IMG/VR virus record: IMGVR_UViG_3300046694_000136
Span: 62,001 to 126,000 of that record
DNA: 64,000 bases
Direction: 5' to 3' (one strand)
Below are positions 16,522-26,417 of the stretch, piece by piece. How positions within the stretch are numbered: position 1 is the first letter of the stretch; the number at the start of each line of letters is the position of its first letter. The position numbers and the translations under genes are program-made. Below the pieces are notes generated by a model, which ran no database searches, was not told where the DNA came from, and saw nothing but the letters and a program-made list of their open reading frames with translations.

Positions 16522-17631
16522 TTATTTTTTGCCCAAGTTTTCTTCGTTCAGCTTGTTCACCAACATTGCCAACTCGTAGAACCAGCCTTTGAAGTAGGCT
16601 TCTGGAACACGGGCCAAGTTCTGGATACGCAAGTGGTGTGTCTTGGCAATCATGGTGTTGACATCACCAGCTTTATACCCACCTTCATTACAGTAGGTCA
16701 GGTAGATAGCCAGCAGCTTCAAGATAGCCGGTTCCCAAATCCACATGGTCTGGGAGAAAATAGCGTTGTTACCTGCCCGGATGTAGTTGAAGTACGGTTC
16801 CGAGTAGATGCTGACAATGGCTTTGATGAAGTGATCGAAGTTAACCAGACGACGATTCTTGTAGTAGCCTACCAAGTGACGGATCAGCTCGCCGTAGAAC
16901 CGCTGGTCGTTAGCAAGGGTGAACCGTACCTTATCCGTCGTAATTAATTCTTCACAGGAGACACCATTTATAACGTGCTCATACAACACGTTGATGACAC
17001 TCAGCTGGTTATGCATCAGCTGGGCATAGACGAAAGGATACTGAGCGATGTAGGCTCCAGGTCCTGTGTCGCGTTCCCGATTAAGTTTTTGGTAACCCCA
17101 CCATCCTACTGCCAGCTCTACGAGATCCACACCCATGACTGCCAAGTCGCCAACAGACGACAAGAGGTAGTTAACCGGTTTGGTCACGTTGTGCTTGTAG
17201 CCGTTGGAGGTAATAGTGGAACACAGAGGGACCACAGGTCTCAACTGGTCCAAGTCCAAGGTCGCTTCATCGTAAACCTTGGTGTTGTCAATCAAGCACC
17301 AGTGCTCTCGAGTGTTGTTTCTGTAGAACCCGTCACTGATTGCTTGACCCACTCTGTTCGGAGAAGTAATCTTGAACTGAGTGCATAATGAATATGCTCG
17401 TAGCCGAGTGTAATCAACAACGTACTTCAAGCTCCAGTCTTTATCGATGCTGAGCTGTTGCAGAATCCCTACCAAGATGTGTTCGTTCTCAACGTTAAAA
17501 GGTTGATCAGCGGTCCACTCAAGGAAGGCGTTTCTGTTGAAGTCTGTTTGTCGACGCATATTGTCGACTTCTGGGAATCGGAGTATTGGGTAGCGTGTTC
17601 TGGACGATGCAGGAAACGATAAGGTTCTCAT
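16522..17631 (-). CDS. Conserved core protein (phiKZ gp52-like)
   Basis: 369 aa, reverse gene between polymerase and chimallin as in phiKZ-like genomes. Confidence 0.6.
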   Translation of the reverse strand: MRTLSFPASSRTRYPILRFPEVDNMRRQTDFNRNAFLEWTADQPFNVENEHILVGILQQLSIDKDWSLKYVVDYTRLRAYSLCTQFKITSPNRVGQAISDGFYRNNTREHWCLIDNTKVYDEATLDLDQLRPVVPLCSTITSNGYKHNVTKPVNYLLSSVGDLAVMGVDLVELAVGWWGYQKLNRERDTGPGAYIAQYPFVYAQLMHNQLSVINVLYEHVINGVSCEELITTDKVRFTLANDQRFYGELIRHLVGYYKNRRLVNFDHFIKAIVSIYSEPYFNYIRAGNNAIFSQTMWIWEPAILKLLAIYLTYCNEGGYKAGDVNTMIAKTHHLRIQNLARVPEAYFKGWFYELAMLVNKLNEENLGKK

Positions 17632-17742
17632 AACTAGTTATTTCCGTTTGTCGTTCTATTCTATACACACACTAATATTCCGGGCGAGATCCCGGAAAGT
17701 CCAGAGTGCGTTTAGTAAATTTGGGCTAATGATTTAAAGCTG

Positions 17743-17752
17743 CTATAGCATT
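17743..17752 (-). promoter_or_regulatory. Candidate late promoter (AATGCTATAG)
   Basis: Recurring RATGCTATR motif. Confidence 0.45.
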
Positions 17753-17799
17753 CCCGTCGGTTGGAGTGGAAAGTTACAGTAGCTAAATAATTTGAGGCC

Positions 17800-17807
17800 T
17801 ATATTAC
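17800..17807 (+). promoter_or_regulatory. Early promoter TATATTAC for chimallin
   Basis: AATTTGAGGCCTATATTACTAG. Confidence 0.78.
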
Positions 17808-17900
17808 TAGTACGAATCGAAGATATAAATGTGTGTAGGCATACACTGTGCGATTCTGCTAACAGTCACCCTTTCTTAAGAAAAGATGGAGTTATACCTT

Positions 17901-19886
17901 ATGGCCGTTCAACAAAACCGCAAAGGCGCGGGCAGCAATTCCTGGGATGGTAAAAATGGCAACGCCGCAGAGTTCTCCGCTCTGTCGGAACTCTTCCATA
18001 CCCCTTCCATGTCGTCCGACAACCGCCAGTTGCCGGAAGTTGATGAGGTGATCGAGATCCTCAAGAAGGGCTACACTGCGATGAGTGAATCCACCATCCA
18101 GCCTGCCCAACGCGCAATCATCCCGACTGTCGACAAAGTGTCGCCTGTCATCAGCTCCACCCTGCCGGGTCTGGTAATGCACCGCCTGGTCGGCCAGAGC
18201 GTCTGGGTCATGCTGGTACTGTTCTCCAACAAGGACAACGCCATCGCGACCGAAACCGTTCAAGTGCTTCAGCCTATGGGCATGCCGCACAAGACCTCGG
18301 TCCTGCTGACCCCGACCAACTACTTCACCCACGAGCTGGTCGACAACCTGAAGAAGCACTTCAAGGGCGTCCTGGAAAACGAAGGCCTGAAAGGCGAAGT
18401 CGAGATCATCAACCTGATGACCGAAGACTTGGAAATGCTGCAACACTCCCAGGCCGGTGAGCCGAAAGAGCGTCCACAGCGCATCGCCAACTACCTGAAA
18501 GGCGAGTGGGAAACCGCGGTGTTCTGCAAACTGTCCTCGGAGTATCCGAAGCACAAGCAGACTCTGCCTTCGCCGTTCAAAGATCCTGATGCACCGTACG
18601 GCAAAGACGGCTGGGCCGAAGCACGCGTTACCGCAATCGACGGCAAGGTCTCCCGCGCCGGCACGCTGATGCCGTCCAACATGGAACTGGTGATTTCGAC
18701 CACCAACAACCCGAACAGCAGCAACAACAACCAGAACAACCCGAACTCGAAAGGGATCGTGCGCGCTCTGGCTACTGTTCAGTTGTCGGCCATCAGTTAC
18801 CAAATGCACATGCAGAACATCGCGGCCATCTCGCAGGCCGGCGGTCAAGCCGATGCTATCCAGGCGTTCCTGGGCATCAACGGCGGCATGTACATGAACG
18901 GCTACCGTCCGCTGCACCCGGTCATCACTCTCGACCACGCCAACGCGGAAGAGATGATGAACTACAACAACGGCCTGTTCCCGCACTACTACGCGCTGTT
19001 CGCGCTGATGTGCACCAACACCGACTACATCTTCACTGAACCACTGCGTCGCGCCAACGTCGGCTCCCGGGGCAACCTGAGCTCCTTCGAACCGCGCATC
19101 GAACAGCTGGTTGCTCAGGCGTTCACCGGTGTTCGTCCAGTAATGGACGACAAGACCATCCTGGACACCGAAGCAGTCAACAAGTGGATCCACCAGAACA
19201 TCTCGCCGAACGCTCTGTTCCGCAGCAACGTGATCCTGGGCGGCCTGTCGTCCCCGGTGAACAAGCACCTGGAAGTTCTGTCGGATCCGGTCCTGGCCAA
19301 CCGTCAGTCGGCGGTACAAACCATGATCGCGGTAATGGACGCAATCTCCAAAGGTCGTTTCTCGCAGATCGTTGCGGAAAACGTCAAGTCTGGCAAAGGC
19401 TGGAAGCCAGGCGATGTTGCGCTGCACCGCACGAAGATGATCGCGGTGAACGGTCTCGCGAAGAACCCACAAGGTCGCGAGCTGAACACCCTGGAAGTCG
19501 ACGAAATGTACCTCGGTACTCACAAAGGTAAGGCTGGGCTGCAACAGTCCATGAACTACCTGAGCGTGCTGTACGGCACCAACAACGAAGAAGTTCGTTC
19601 GCGTTGCCAGAAGCTGCGTATCGAAATGACCACCGGTCTGTTCGATGGTCACGTGCACATCAACAACTTCGGTTACTCCTGCGTCTGGGATCCGCATCTG
19701 ATGGCTGTTATCGGTGCCGCTCTGTCGGAAATCGGTACGCTGAACGTTGCGAACACCTACAGCTCGATGCGTCCGAACAACATGGCGTTCATGCCAATGG
19801 CTGGTCTGCAAACCGTTACGTCGGTCGGCAACAGCAACAACATGAACCTCCTGGGTGGTTTCGGTAACGGCGGGATCTGGGGCTAA
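17901..19886 (+). CDS. chmA: Chimallin, major nuclear shell protein (phiKZ gp54/PhuN)
   Basis: About 660 aa, very strong codon bias, early promoter, immediately upstream of nvRNAP beta'-N, low-complexity termini; start set by GGAG RBS. Confidence 0.85.
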   Translation: MAVQQNRKGAGSNSWDGKNGNAAEFSALSELFHTPSMSSDNRQLPEVDEVIEILKKGYTAMSESTIQPAQRAIIPTVDKVSPVISSTLPGLVMHRLVGQSVWVMLVLFSNKDNAIATETVQVLQPMGMPHKTSVLLTPTNYFTHELVDNLKKHFKGVLENEGLKGEVEIINLMTEDLEMLQHSQAGEPKERPQRIANYLKGEWETAVFCKLSSEYPKHKQTLPSPFKDPDAPYGKDGWAEARVTAIDGKVSRAGTLMPSNMELVISTTNNPNSSNNNQNNPNSKGIVRALATVQLSAISYQMHMQNIAAISQAGGQADAIQAFLGINGGMYMNGYRPLHPVITLDHANAEEMMNYNNGLFPHYYALFALMCTNTDYIFTEPLRRANVGSRGNLSSFEPRIEQLVAQAFTGVRPVMDDKTILDTEAVNKWIHQNISPNALFRSNVILGGLSSPVNKHLEVLSDPVLANRQSAVQTMIAVMDAISKGRFSQIVAENVKSGKGWKPGDVALHRTKMIAVNGLAKNPQGRELNTLEVDEMYLGTHKGKAGLQQSMNYLSVLYGTNNEEVRSRCQKLRIEMTTGLFDGHVHINNFGYSCVWDPHLMAVIGAALSEIGTLNVANTYSSMRPNNMAFMPMAGLQTVTSVGNSNNMNLLGGFGNGGIWG

Positions 19887-19908
19887 GCAGTACTGCTGTA
19901 ATTGAGTA

Positions 19909-19952
19909 GTGGGTTAGGGGGCTTCGGTCCCCTAACCCCTATTCTTCTTTTT
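19909..19952 (+). terminator. Intrinsic terminator
   Basis: GGGTTAGGGG-GCTTCGGT-CCCCTAACCC followed by a T-run. Confidence 0.85.
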
Positions 19953-19973
19953 TAAATTTCAGGAGTTAGCTTT

Positions 19974-21629
19974 ATGTTTGTACCCAACTTAACTCCCAGT
20001 AATGAACTAGCGATCAAGATGCTGACGCGGTTCAGTGAAGAGAACCTGGATCCCATGCCATGGTTCGCGCGGTTCGCCAGTAACTTGACCTCGTCGCTGG
20101 AAGATGATCCGCAATTCTCTAAACCGTTGTATCCGGATTTCCCTGACTATAACCACATGCACGATACCAGCCGGTTGAAGCATGTGTACCTGAACGAATT
20201 CGACTTCAACTTGGAAGAAGATCGTGAACGGTTGGCACGGATTACCCGGATGGAGTTCGAAGAGAACTCTTTTGAAACAGTCGCGAAGTGTCAGTACGGT
20301 TGTACGAAAGGTAACTACCTGCTTAATAGTGGACGGGTCTGTAAGAAGTGTGGTACTCCGGTAGAGATCTTCCTGAACGAGGGTGAAGACACTCGCGTAT
20401 GGTTGAAATGTCCGGAGGGAGTGGAGAAGTTTATCAACATCGGCTTCTTTACTACGTTCTTCAACAACATTTTGATTGCTAACCCCAGTCCTTCTATTTC
20501 GGTACCTCGGTTCTTTGTTGATCCGGTTTACCGCGCCGAGCAAAAGAAGAAACGTAACGGTTCCAACATTGCGTTGAACCAACTGCTGCAAGATCTAAAG
20601 ATTACCCAGATTAACCTGAACACGTTTTACCAGAACTGCGATGCGATCATGGAATACATTCTGGTCGGCAAGGGGGCGCGTTACTCCAAGCTGAAGAAGG
20701 ATGGTCCTGAAGCGCTGGCCATGTACTACAAGTTCAAAGATATTGCGTTCTGCGATTACATCAAGGTTCCAGCTCGTTACTGTGTGGTACTGGAGAAGAC
20801 CGGGAAAGAAGTACTGAGCTACAAGCACCACCCGGAGACAGCTAAGCTCTACCACGCCATTGCAGATACCGCGAAAAGTAACTCATTGGTGAAGTTGGGT
20901 CAGAAAGACCTGTTGAAGAACATTGATATCACCGGTAAGAACTTGGTAGCGCTGAGCGACCAATATCGTGAGACCAATAACCCTAAAGGTATCTTCAACA
21001 AGCCAGGGATCAACCGTAAGCACGTTTGTGCGGGTCCAGTCCCTGTAACCGGCAGATCGGTTATTACGTCTCAAACAGGCATCATCAACGCTGATGAGAT
21101 CATGGTGCCTTGGAAGCTCATGAATCAGATGTACGAAACACCGATCCTGAGTTTCCTGTATCGCAAAGGCTACAGCCCAGTTAAAGCAAAACTGCTTCAC
21201 CGCAGAGCGTCGTATGAGATTGTACCGGAGATCGATGAGTTCTTCCGTGATGCGGAAGAGGGTCGCAAGATGGTTATGCTTGCGGGTCGTAACCCTTCGA
21301 TTGAATATTTGAGTCGTAAAGCGTTCTTCCCACGTGTTAACCGAGACCTGACAGATGAAAGCGTCAAGATCCCGATTACTGGTACACGGGAATTTAACGC
21401 TGACTTTGACGGGGATCAGATGTATTTGATCGGGCTCATTGATAACGAGTCCAAGGCGAAGGCATACGGAGCGTGGGGTCACCATCAGGTACTCGATCGA
21501 AACGTGCCTTTTAAAGTCAGTCGTTATGCTGGACAAACGGTTACAACACAGATGAACCTTAACACTATGTTGATGCAAACACCGTTGATGACCAGTCTGC
21601 CGGAGGGTCAGAACTTTGAACAGCGCTGA
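19974..21629 (+). CDS. Non-virion RNA polymerase beta' N-terminal/catalytic subunit (phiKZ gp55-like)
   Basis: Zn ribbon CQYGC..CKKC, GRSVIT, RNPS, catalytic FNADFDGD. Confidence 0.93.
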   Translation: MFVPNLTPSNELAIKMLTRFSEENLDPMPWFARFASNLTSSLEDDPQFSKPLYPDFPDYNHMHDTSRLKHVYLNEFDFNLEEDRERLARITRMEFEENSFETVAKCQYGCTKGNYLLNSGRVCKKCGTPVEIFLNEGEDTRVWLKCPEGVEKFINIGFFTTFFNNILIANPSPSISVPRFFVDPVYRAEQKKKRNGSNIALNQLLQDLKITQINLNTFYQNCDAIMEYILVGKGARYSKLKKDGPEALAMYYKFKDIAFCDYIKVPARYCVVLEKTGKEVLSYKHHPETAKLYHAIADTAKSNSLVKLGQKDLLKNIDITGKNLVALSDQYRETNNPKGIFNKPGINRKHVCAGPVPVTGRSVITSQTGIINADEIMVPWKLMNQMYETPILSFLYRKGYSPVKAKLLHRRASYEIVPEIDEFFRDAEEGRKMVMLAGRNPSIEYLSRKAFFPRVNRDLTDESVKIPITGTREFNADFDGDQMYLIGLIDNESKAKAYGAWGHHQVLDRNVPFKVSRYAGQTVTTQMNLNTMLMQTPLMTSLPEGQNFEQR

Positions 21630-22254
21630 TGCTTTTAGCTTCTCCATCTCGGGTAGTCATACCGAGAGCTCGATTAACCGTTACGCGGACTATCTGAACC
21701 GCGCCAACAGCGCGTTGAATCGGTTCGGTGGTTGGTTAGGTGATCAAGCAGCGAAGAACATGGAGTCGTTTGATAACTTCCTCAGCTCCCGTGCTTGGGA
21801 AATGGGTAAGCGGCTCCTGAACAAAGAAGATGGTGAGTTTGTTGGTCGTTATTCGATCGGTTACTTGGGTAGCATGAATGCCCAGCAACAGGCAGACGGC
21901 TACATGCGTGACGTGATCATGGCTAACCCTATTATCCAGCAGTTGTACATGGATGGTGAGGTTGATGGTTACGGCGGTGAGTTCAGTCACTTCGCTCGTG
22001 GCATCGGTGAGGAAAACTTGATCTGGCGTCGGATGTTCGACGGCGTGGTTAACTTGACCAAGCAGGATGAAGTGAATCACTTGAGTCGCGTGTCGTACAA
22101 CGACTCGGCAGTTGGTAAGTACAGCTACCGGGATAAAGTTTACGCTCACAAGACGCACGCGGCAAGTAATCACCACATCGCTACAACTCAGTTCGACATC
22201 ACGTCGAGCAATGGTAACAAGCGAACGTCGTTCTTGGATCTGGTTGACGAGTAA
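21616..22254 (+). CDS. Conserved core protein (phiKZ gp59/Imp3-like by synteny)
   Basis: TTG start with GGAGG; QQA..M...IMANP..Y..GY..GE..RR..DG signature. Confidence 0.5.
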   Translation: MNSADAFSFSISGSHTESSINRYADYLNRANSALNRFGGWLGDQAAKNMESFDNFLSSRAWEMGKRLLNKEDGEFVGRYSIGYLGSMNAQQQADGYMRDVIMANPIIQQLYMDGEVDGYGGEFSHFARGIGEENLIWRRMFDGVVNLTKQDEVNHLSRVSYNDSAVGKYSYRDKVYAHKTHAASNHHIATTQFDITSSNGNKRTSFLDLVDE

Positions 22255-22267
22255 CTCCTAAAAATAC

Positions 22268-22310
22268 AGGTGAGGGGTAACGCCCTCACTTGTTTACTCC
22301 CTTTTCTTTT
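22268..22310 (+). terminator. Probable intrinsic terminator
   Basis: GTGAGGG-GTAACG-CCCTCAC followed by a T-rich tract. Confidence 0.6.
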
Positions 22311-22350
22311 TTCTCTTCTTATAGAGGGTTATTTTTATTGGGAGTTATTT

Positions 22351-22761
22351 ATGGGCCGGTATTGCATTGCGACAATGGACACCCGTAGCGGCGGCTGGGA
22401 GACTGAATCACCAACTAACGCTATCTCTCTCCATACCACTTATTTCTTTGCAGCTCGAGAGAATCAGGACAAGCTACTGGGCAACGTCCCTAACTTCTAC
22501 GGACTCTGGCAGAAGTACGGAGAGACGCCAGAACGGTTGATGGAGAATCTTAAGTCCATCTTTACCGACTACATGAAAGAACAGTTCGATGAAGTTCTTA
22601 TTGGAGTCGTTAAACAAAATATCACTGGGCAGGCAAATAACTACAGGCTAATATTGACCGGGAAGATTGTGGTCGATGGAGCTGTCTACGACTTGGCTGA
22701 AACCATCCTGGTTACCGGCGAGTTTTACAAAGTCCTAACTAACGAGAGACTGAAACAATGA
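22351..22761 (+). CDS. Conserved core hypothetical protein
   Basis: ATG 22351 with GGAG RBS; ATGA overlap with the next gene. Confidence 0.7.
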   Translation: MGRYCIATMDTRSGGWETESPTNAISLHTTYFFAARENQDKLLGNVPNFYGLWQKYGETPERLMENLKSIFTDYMKEQFDEVLIGVVKQNITGQANNYRLILTGKIVVDGAVYDLAETILVTGEFYKVLTNERLKQ

Positions 22762-23636
22762 ACCAGATGGAACGCGATCAAATCATCGAGAACGACTTGG
22801 GCTGGGCAAGAAGCATCAAAGTCAGCGAGATCGATGGCAAGCTCATGATGGGCAACAACGGGGCTCCTCTCCCGTTTAACGTCTCTCACGTTATGAAAGA
22901 AGAAGAGTTCGTCAAGAAGTGGATGCTGGCCTTTGCGGTGGGTAACCGTCTGGGTGTCAACTACTTCAACCAAGGCGAATGGTTCAGTTTCTCCTACGGT
23001 GGTACTCGGGCAGTCCTGATCGTCGGCCTGAACCCTGCTACGGGCGTCTACGACCCCATCTTCATCGTTCCCCCACTCACCACAGTCAACTTGACCAAAG
23101 AAGACCGTGAGAAGCTCCGTCTGGCCGCTGGTGTGATGTACGCCAACAGCGAAGATGCTTCGAAGAAGAACGATATCAACGCCAACCTCTCTGTTGCCAA
23201 CACTCTGGCTGACGAGCGCATCGGTCTGGAAGCACAGCCGATGGAAATGAGCGATCTGGTACGGGCTGACTTCTTCGCCAAGTACAACATCGTTCCTGAA
23301 GTTGAGCGTGGTGTTTACTTCGTTCGTGACGTGGTCCGTGGTGCCGAAGTCAAAGACGACAACGGTCGTGTTATCCGTCCGGGTCTGGAAACCTCCCTCG
23401 CAGACCTCGATAAGACCCGCAGCATCCTGCACCGTGAACACTTCGGTAAGCAGGTAACCAAAGAAGAGTACAAGTTCCTCAACGAACTCAGTCTCGGTTG
23501 GTTCGACATCAGCAACAAAGTAGGCGTGGATTACATTACCGACGGCGGCGACAATTTGGACACTCCTGTGAATAAAGAAACACAGCAGGTCCAATCTACT
23601 ACACCGGCAGTACCAGATTCACCATTTGAGTGTTAA
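22758..23636 (+). CDS. Conserved hypothetical protein
   Basis: 292 aa with phage-typical codon bias. Confidence 0.75.
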   Translation: MNQMERDQIIENDLGWARSIKVSEIDGKLMMGNNGAPLPFNVSHVMKEEEFVKKWMLAFAVGNRLGVNYFNQGEWFSFSYGGTRAVLIVGLNPATGVYDPIFIVPPLTTVNLTKEDREKLRLAAGVMYANSEDASKKNDINANLSVANTLADERIGLEAQPMEMSDLVRADFFAKYNIVPEVERGVYFVRDVVRGAEVKDDNGRVIRPGLETSLADLDKTRSILHREHFGKQVTKEEYKFLNELSLGWFDISNKVGVDYITDGGDNLDTPVNKETQQVQSTTPAVPDSPFEC

Positions 23637-23660
23637 GTTTTTAGGGTAAGGGGATTACCA

Positions 23661-24776
23661 ATGCGGGCTCTGGCATGTTCCGATCAACACACGCTGCACC
23701 CAACCACTCCAACGCATCATGTGCTGGGGAACATGTCACAGTTCTTCTACAAAGATAACGATCTCAACAACATTGACATTGTGTTCTTTGGCGGGGACAT
23801 GATGGATCGTCTGGTGGACGCTCCTAATGCTGACTTGTTAAAGGTTAAGGAATGGTTTAAAGGGTTCGGCGATCGATGTACTGCAAGTAAGACAAAAGTT
23901 CTGTTGTTGGAGGGGACCTTTTTCCATGAATGGGGTCAACCAAAGCACTTAGTGACTGTGGTACCAACAGGCTTTGACTTGCGTTATGTCGACAAGATTG
24001 AAGTTGTACGTTACACAGATCTCGATGATTTAACAGTTTTGTGCATTCCAGATAACCTTCAGGCTATGACTCCTGATGAGATTTGGGAAGCAGCTTTAAA
24101 TGTTCTGAAGCAAAACAATCTGGACAAAGTGGACATGGTGTTATTCCACCAAGCGTTCACTGACCAGCTACCGACCAAGATGAGACACGTCACTCACGAT
24201 CAGGCGCGATGGGAATCCATTTGCACCTACTTTATCTTGTCGGGTCATATTCACACCCCGTCAGTTGTTGGTAAACGTTACACGATGGGGTCGTTCGATC
24301 GGATCAGTCATGGTGAGGAACATCCAAAGGGTGGTTACCTCATTGATCTGGATAAGAAGAAAGAAACATTCAACATCCAGTTCTGGGAGAATAAGCGAGC
24401 GCTCCCTTATGTGACGTTGACGGTTAAGGAAGATATCTCAACAGAAGTATTGGTTAAGAAACTTCGCGAATTCATCCGCGATAAGAATTTACCCCCTTTC
24501 TCTCAAGTCAGGATTAAGGGCGGACCGGCAGACATTGTTACTCCGGTCATCAAGATCTTTGAGAAGGAGTTTACTCAGTACGGGTTCAAGGCCAAAAACA
24601 TCAAGGCTGAAGAAGAGCTTGTAGAAGAGGAAATCTATTCAGACAGTACCTACAGTGGAGTATCCGTCACTAAAGACAATATCTCCACATTACTAGCCAA
24701 AGAAGCCACGAGCGAATTTGCTGATAAACAAATCGACATGGCTGAGGCGTTGGCAGTGTTGGAGGAATTCAAATGA
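23661..24776 (+). CDS. sbcD: Mre11/SbcD-like metallophosphoesterase nuclease (phiKZ gp65-like)
   Basis: SDQH, GGDMMD, EGTFFHE, FHQ, SGHIH, GSFDR..HGEE..KG. Confidence 0.85.
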   Translation: MRALACSDQHTLHPTTPTHHVLGNMSQFFYKDNDLNNIDIVFFGGDMMDRLVDAPNADLLKVKEWFKGFGDRCTASKTKVLLLEGTFFHEWGQPKHLVTVVPTGFDLRYVDKIEVVRYTDLDDLTVLCIPDNLQAMTPDEIWEAALNVLKQNNLDKVDMVLFHQAFTDQLPTKMRHVTHDQARWESICTYFILSGHIHTPSVVGKRYTMGSFDRISHGEEHPKGGYLIDLDKKKETFNIQFWENKRALPYVTLTVKEDISTEVLVKKLREFIRDKNLPPFSQVRIKGGPADIVTPVIKIFEKEFTQYGFKAKNIKAEEELVEEEIYSDSTYSGVSVTKDNISTLLAKEATSEFADKQIDMAEALAVLEEFK

Positions 24777-25567
24777 GAAGTCTAGGTGCGTTGGGGATGA
24801 GCATCGGCACGTCCCTTGCCATCGAGCAACCGGAGGCAGCTGCACAGATTCGAGGTTCTGACGTTATACTCTTTAATTTGCTTACTTTGATCCGTAACGC
24901 TCACGATGCGTACGAGAGCAAAGAAGACAAGGCTGACCTTAAGCCTGAACAACTTATGGAAGACGTTGTAAACGACCTCAAGATGCTCAGCAGGTGGTTA
25001 GAGGAGGTTCGCAAGACTAAACCGCTCCAGTTGATCGTTTATTATCCGTCGTATTTCTCGATGAAGTTCAGATTCCCTTTGGCTGACTTAGCAAAGCGTG
25101 AAACGGACAACCAGAAGAAGTTCGACAAGCTATCGGATAAAACCGCTGACCTTATTTATGACAAGTACAAGAAACTGATTGAACGTACTGATATTGGAAT
25201 GCCGTCATTTAAAGGTAAAGGGATTGTAATGACTCACCGTGTGGTTGACCTAGCTGTGCATGATCATGTACTCAGGTTAACTTTGATGGAATCCTACACG
25301 GGGAAGCTTAAACCCTACACGCAGTGGTACACGAAGCTCACCGGTGGGAAAGAGCTTTACTACCTGCCGTTTAACAAGCTCACCATTCAAATCTTCGGTG
25401 ACAAGTCAACAGACTTTGCCTCTTCTTCCAAAGCCATTAAGGATCTGGTCAAGAAGCTGGCTCAGGATTCCAGCTGGACCCCTGCCACTACGGTAAGCAG
25501 GTGCCGTCTCAACATCAACATGTTAAACGATGGTATTGATAAAGCAGCGTTACTGAAAATGCTTTAA
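24773..25567 (+). CDS. Conserved core protein (phiKZ gp66-like)
   Basis: SIGTSLA.E, NLLTLIRN, L.ESYTG.LK..WYTKL signature; synteny. Confidence 0.6.
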   Translation: MRSLGALGMSIGTSLAIEQPEAAAQIRGSDVILFNLLTLIRNAHDAYESKEDKADLKPEQLMEDVVNDLKMLSRWLEEVRKTKPLQLIVYYPSYFSMKFRFPLADLAKRETDNQKKFDKLSDKTADLIYDKYKKLIERTDIGMPSFKGKGIVMTHRVVDLAVHDHVLRLTLMESYTGKLKPYTQWYTKLTGGKELYYLPFNKLTIQIFGDKSTDFASSSKAIKDLVKKLAQDSSWTPATTVSRCRLNINMLNDGIDKAALLKML

Positions 25568-25615
25568 TAATACTGTCGACACCATATTCTTGTACCGAAT
25601 TAAGGAATTTTTCGC

Positions 25616-26305
25616 ATGGCACAGCCAAACAACAACGCCCGCCGCAAGACCATCTTCGACGACTGGAAACAGCCTCAAGCCGCTACCATTGATCCGGTAC
25701 AAGGCGGTAAGTATCCGGCGACCTGGATTATCCAGCAGAAGTCGAACGGCAAGATCGTCATGAAGATCAACGACGGTATCTACGATCCGAACTCCAAGTC
25801 GAACGTCCACAAAGAAGTGGAGATGAACTGGTCGGACCGTAACGCCCTGATGGAAGGCATCAAGGAGGCCTGCGCGGATCCATCGTTCGAAACCAGCCAG
25901 CTGGTCGTTCGTAAGAAAGACTTCATCAAGTCCGGTGGCCAGAGCAAGATCTCTGACAACCCGATCGTTAAGGCGATGTTCACCATCGACCGCGACAAGA
26001 ACTCCGGCGTGATCAGCGTGACCTACCGTAAAGGTGAGTACAACGCCAAGATCGTCTTCCGCGGTGCCAACGACACCGTGCTGTACCGTAAAGACTCCAC
26101 CGGTAACAAAGTTGAAGACCATGGCACCCTGTCCCGTTGGGCGGCCAAGGCCTGGGTTAAGTGGCACCAGGATCCAGTGAACCAAATGGAACGTGAGATG
26201 TACGAGCCGCCTGCTCCTAAAGAAGGCGCATTCCCTGCCAAGAATGACAAGCCTCGTAACGATAGCGACTTCGATTCGTCCTATGACGACGACGCCGACT
26301 TCTAA
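25616..26305 (+). CDS. phiKZ gp67-like protein with SSB-like acidic tail
   Basis: Beta-rich basic body, ends DSDFDSSYDDDADF; synteny. Confidence 0.55.
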   Translation: MAQPNNNARRKTIFDDWKQPQAATIDPVQGGKYPATWIIQQKSNGKIVMKINDGIYDPNSKSNVHKEVEMNWSDRNALMEGIKEACADPSFETSQLVVRKKDFIKSGGQSKISDNPIVKAMFTIDRDKNSGVISVTYRKGEYNAKIVFRGANDTVLYRKDSTGNKVEDHGTLSRWAAKAWVKWHQDPVNQMEREMYEPPAPKEGAFPAKNDKPRNDSDFDSSYDDDADF

Positions 26306-26320
26306 GGACTAGTGAGATAA

Positions 26321-26354
26321 AGAGAGGGAGGGAAACCTCCCTCTCCCCTCTTTT
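26321..26354 (+). terminator. Intrinsic terminator
   Basis: GAGAGGGAGG-GAAA-CCTCCCTCTC followed by a pyrimidine/T tract. Confidence 0.78.
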
Positions 26355-26379
26355 CCCTATAGGTGGAATTTTTAAAACC

Positions 26380-26387
26380 TATATTAC
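26380..26387 (+). promoter_or_regulatory. Early promoter TATATTAC
   Basis: TTTTTAAAACCTATATTAC. Confidence 0.78.
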
Positions 26388-26417
26388 CAGTGTGTTAGGT
26401 AGCCTCTGGAGTTGCTG

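Noticed and set aside
17678-17697. Hairpin TTCCGGG-CGAGAT-CCCGGAA in the gp52-like/chmA gap
   Set aside because: Single short stem without a U-tract or repeats; insufficient to assign a function.
17892-19811. 639 aa antisense ORF over chimallin (similarly 9498-10403, 42361-44040, 45264-47292, 59935-61149, 62307-63734)
   Set aside because: Codon-register mirrors of strongly biased genes; no RBS, no motifs, atypical composition.
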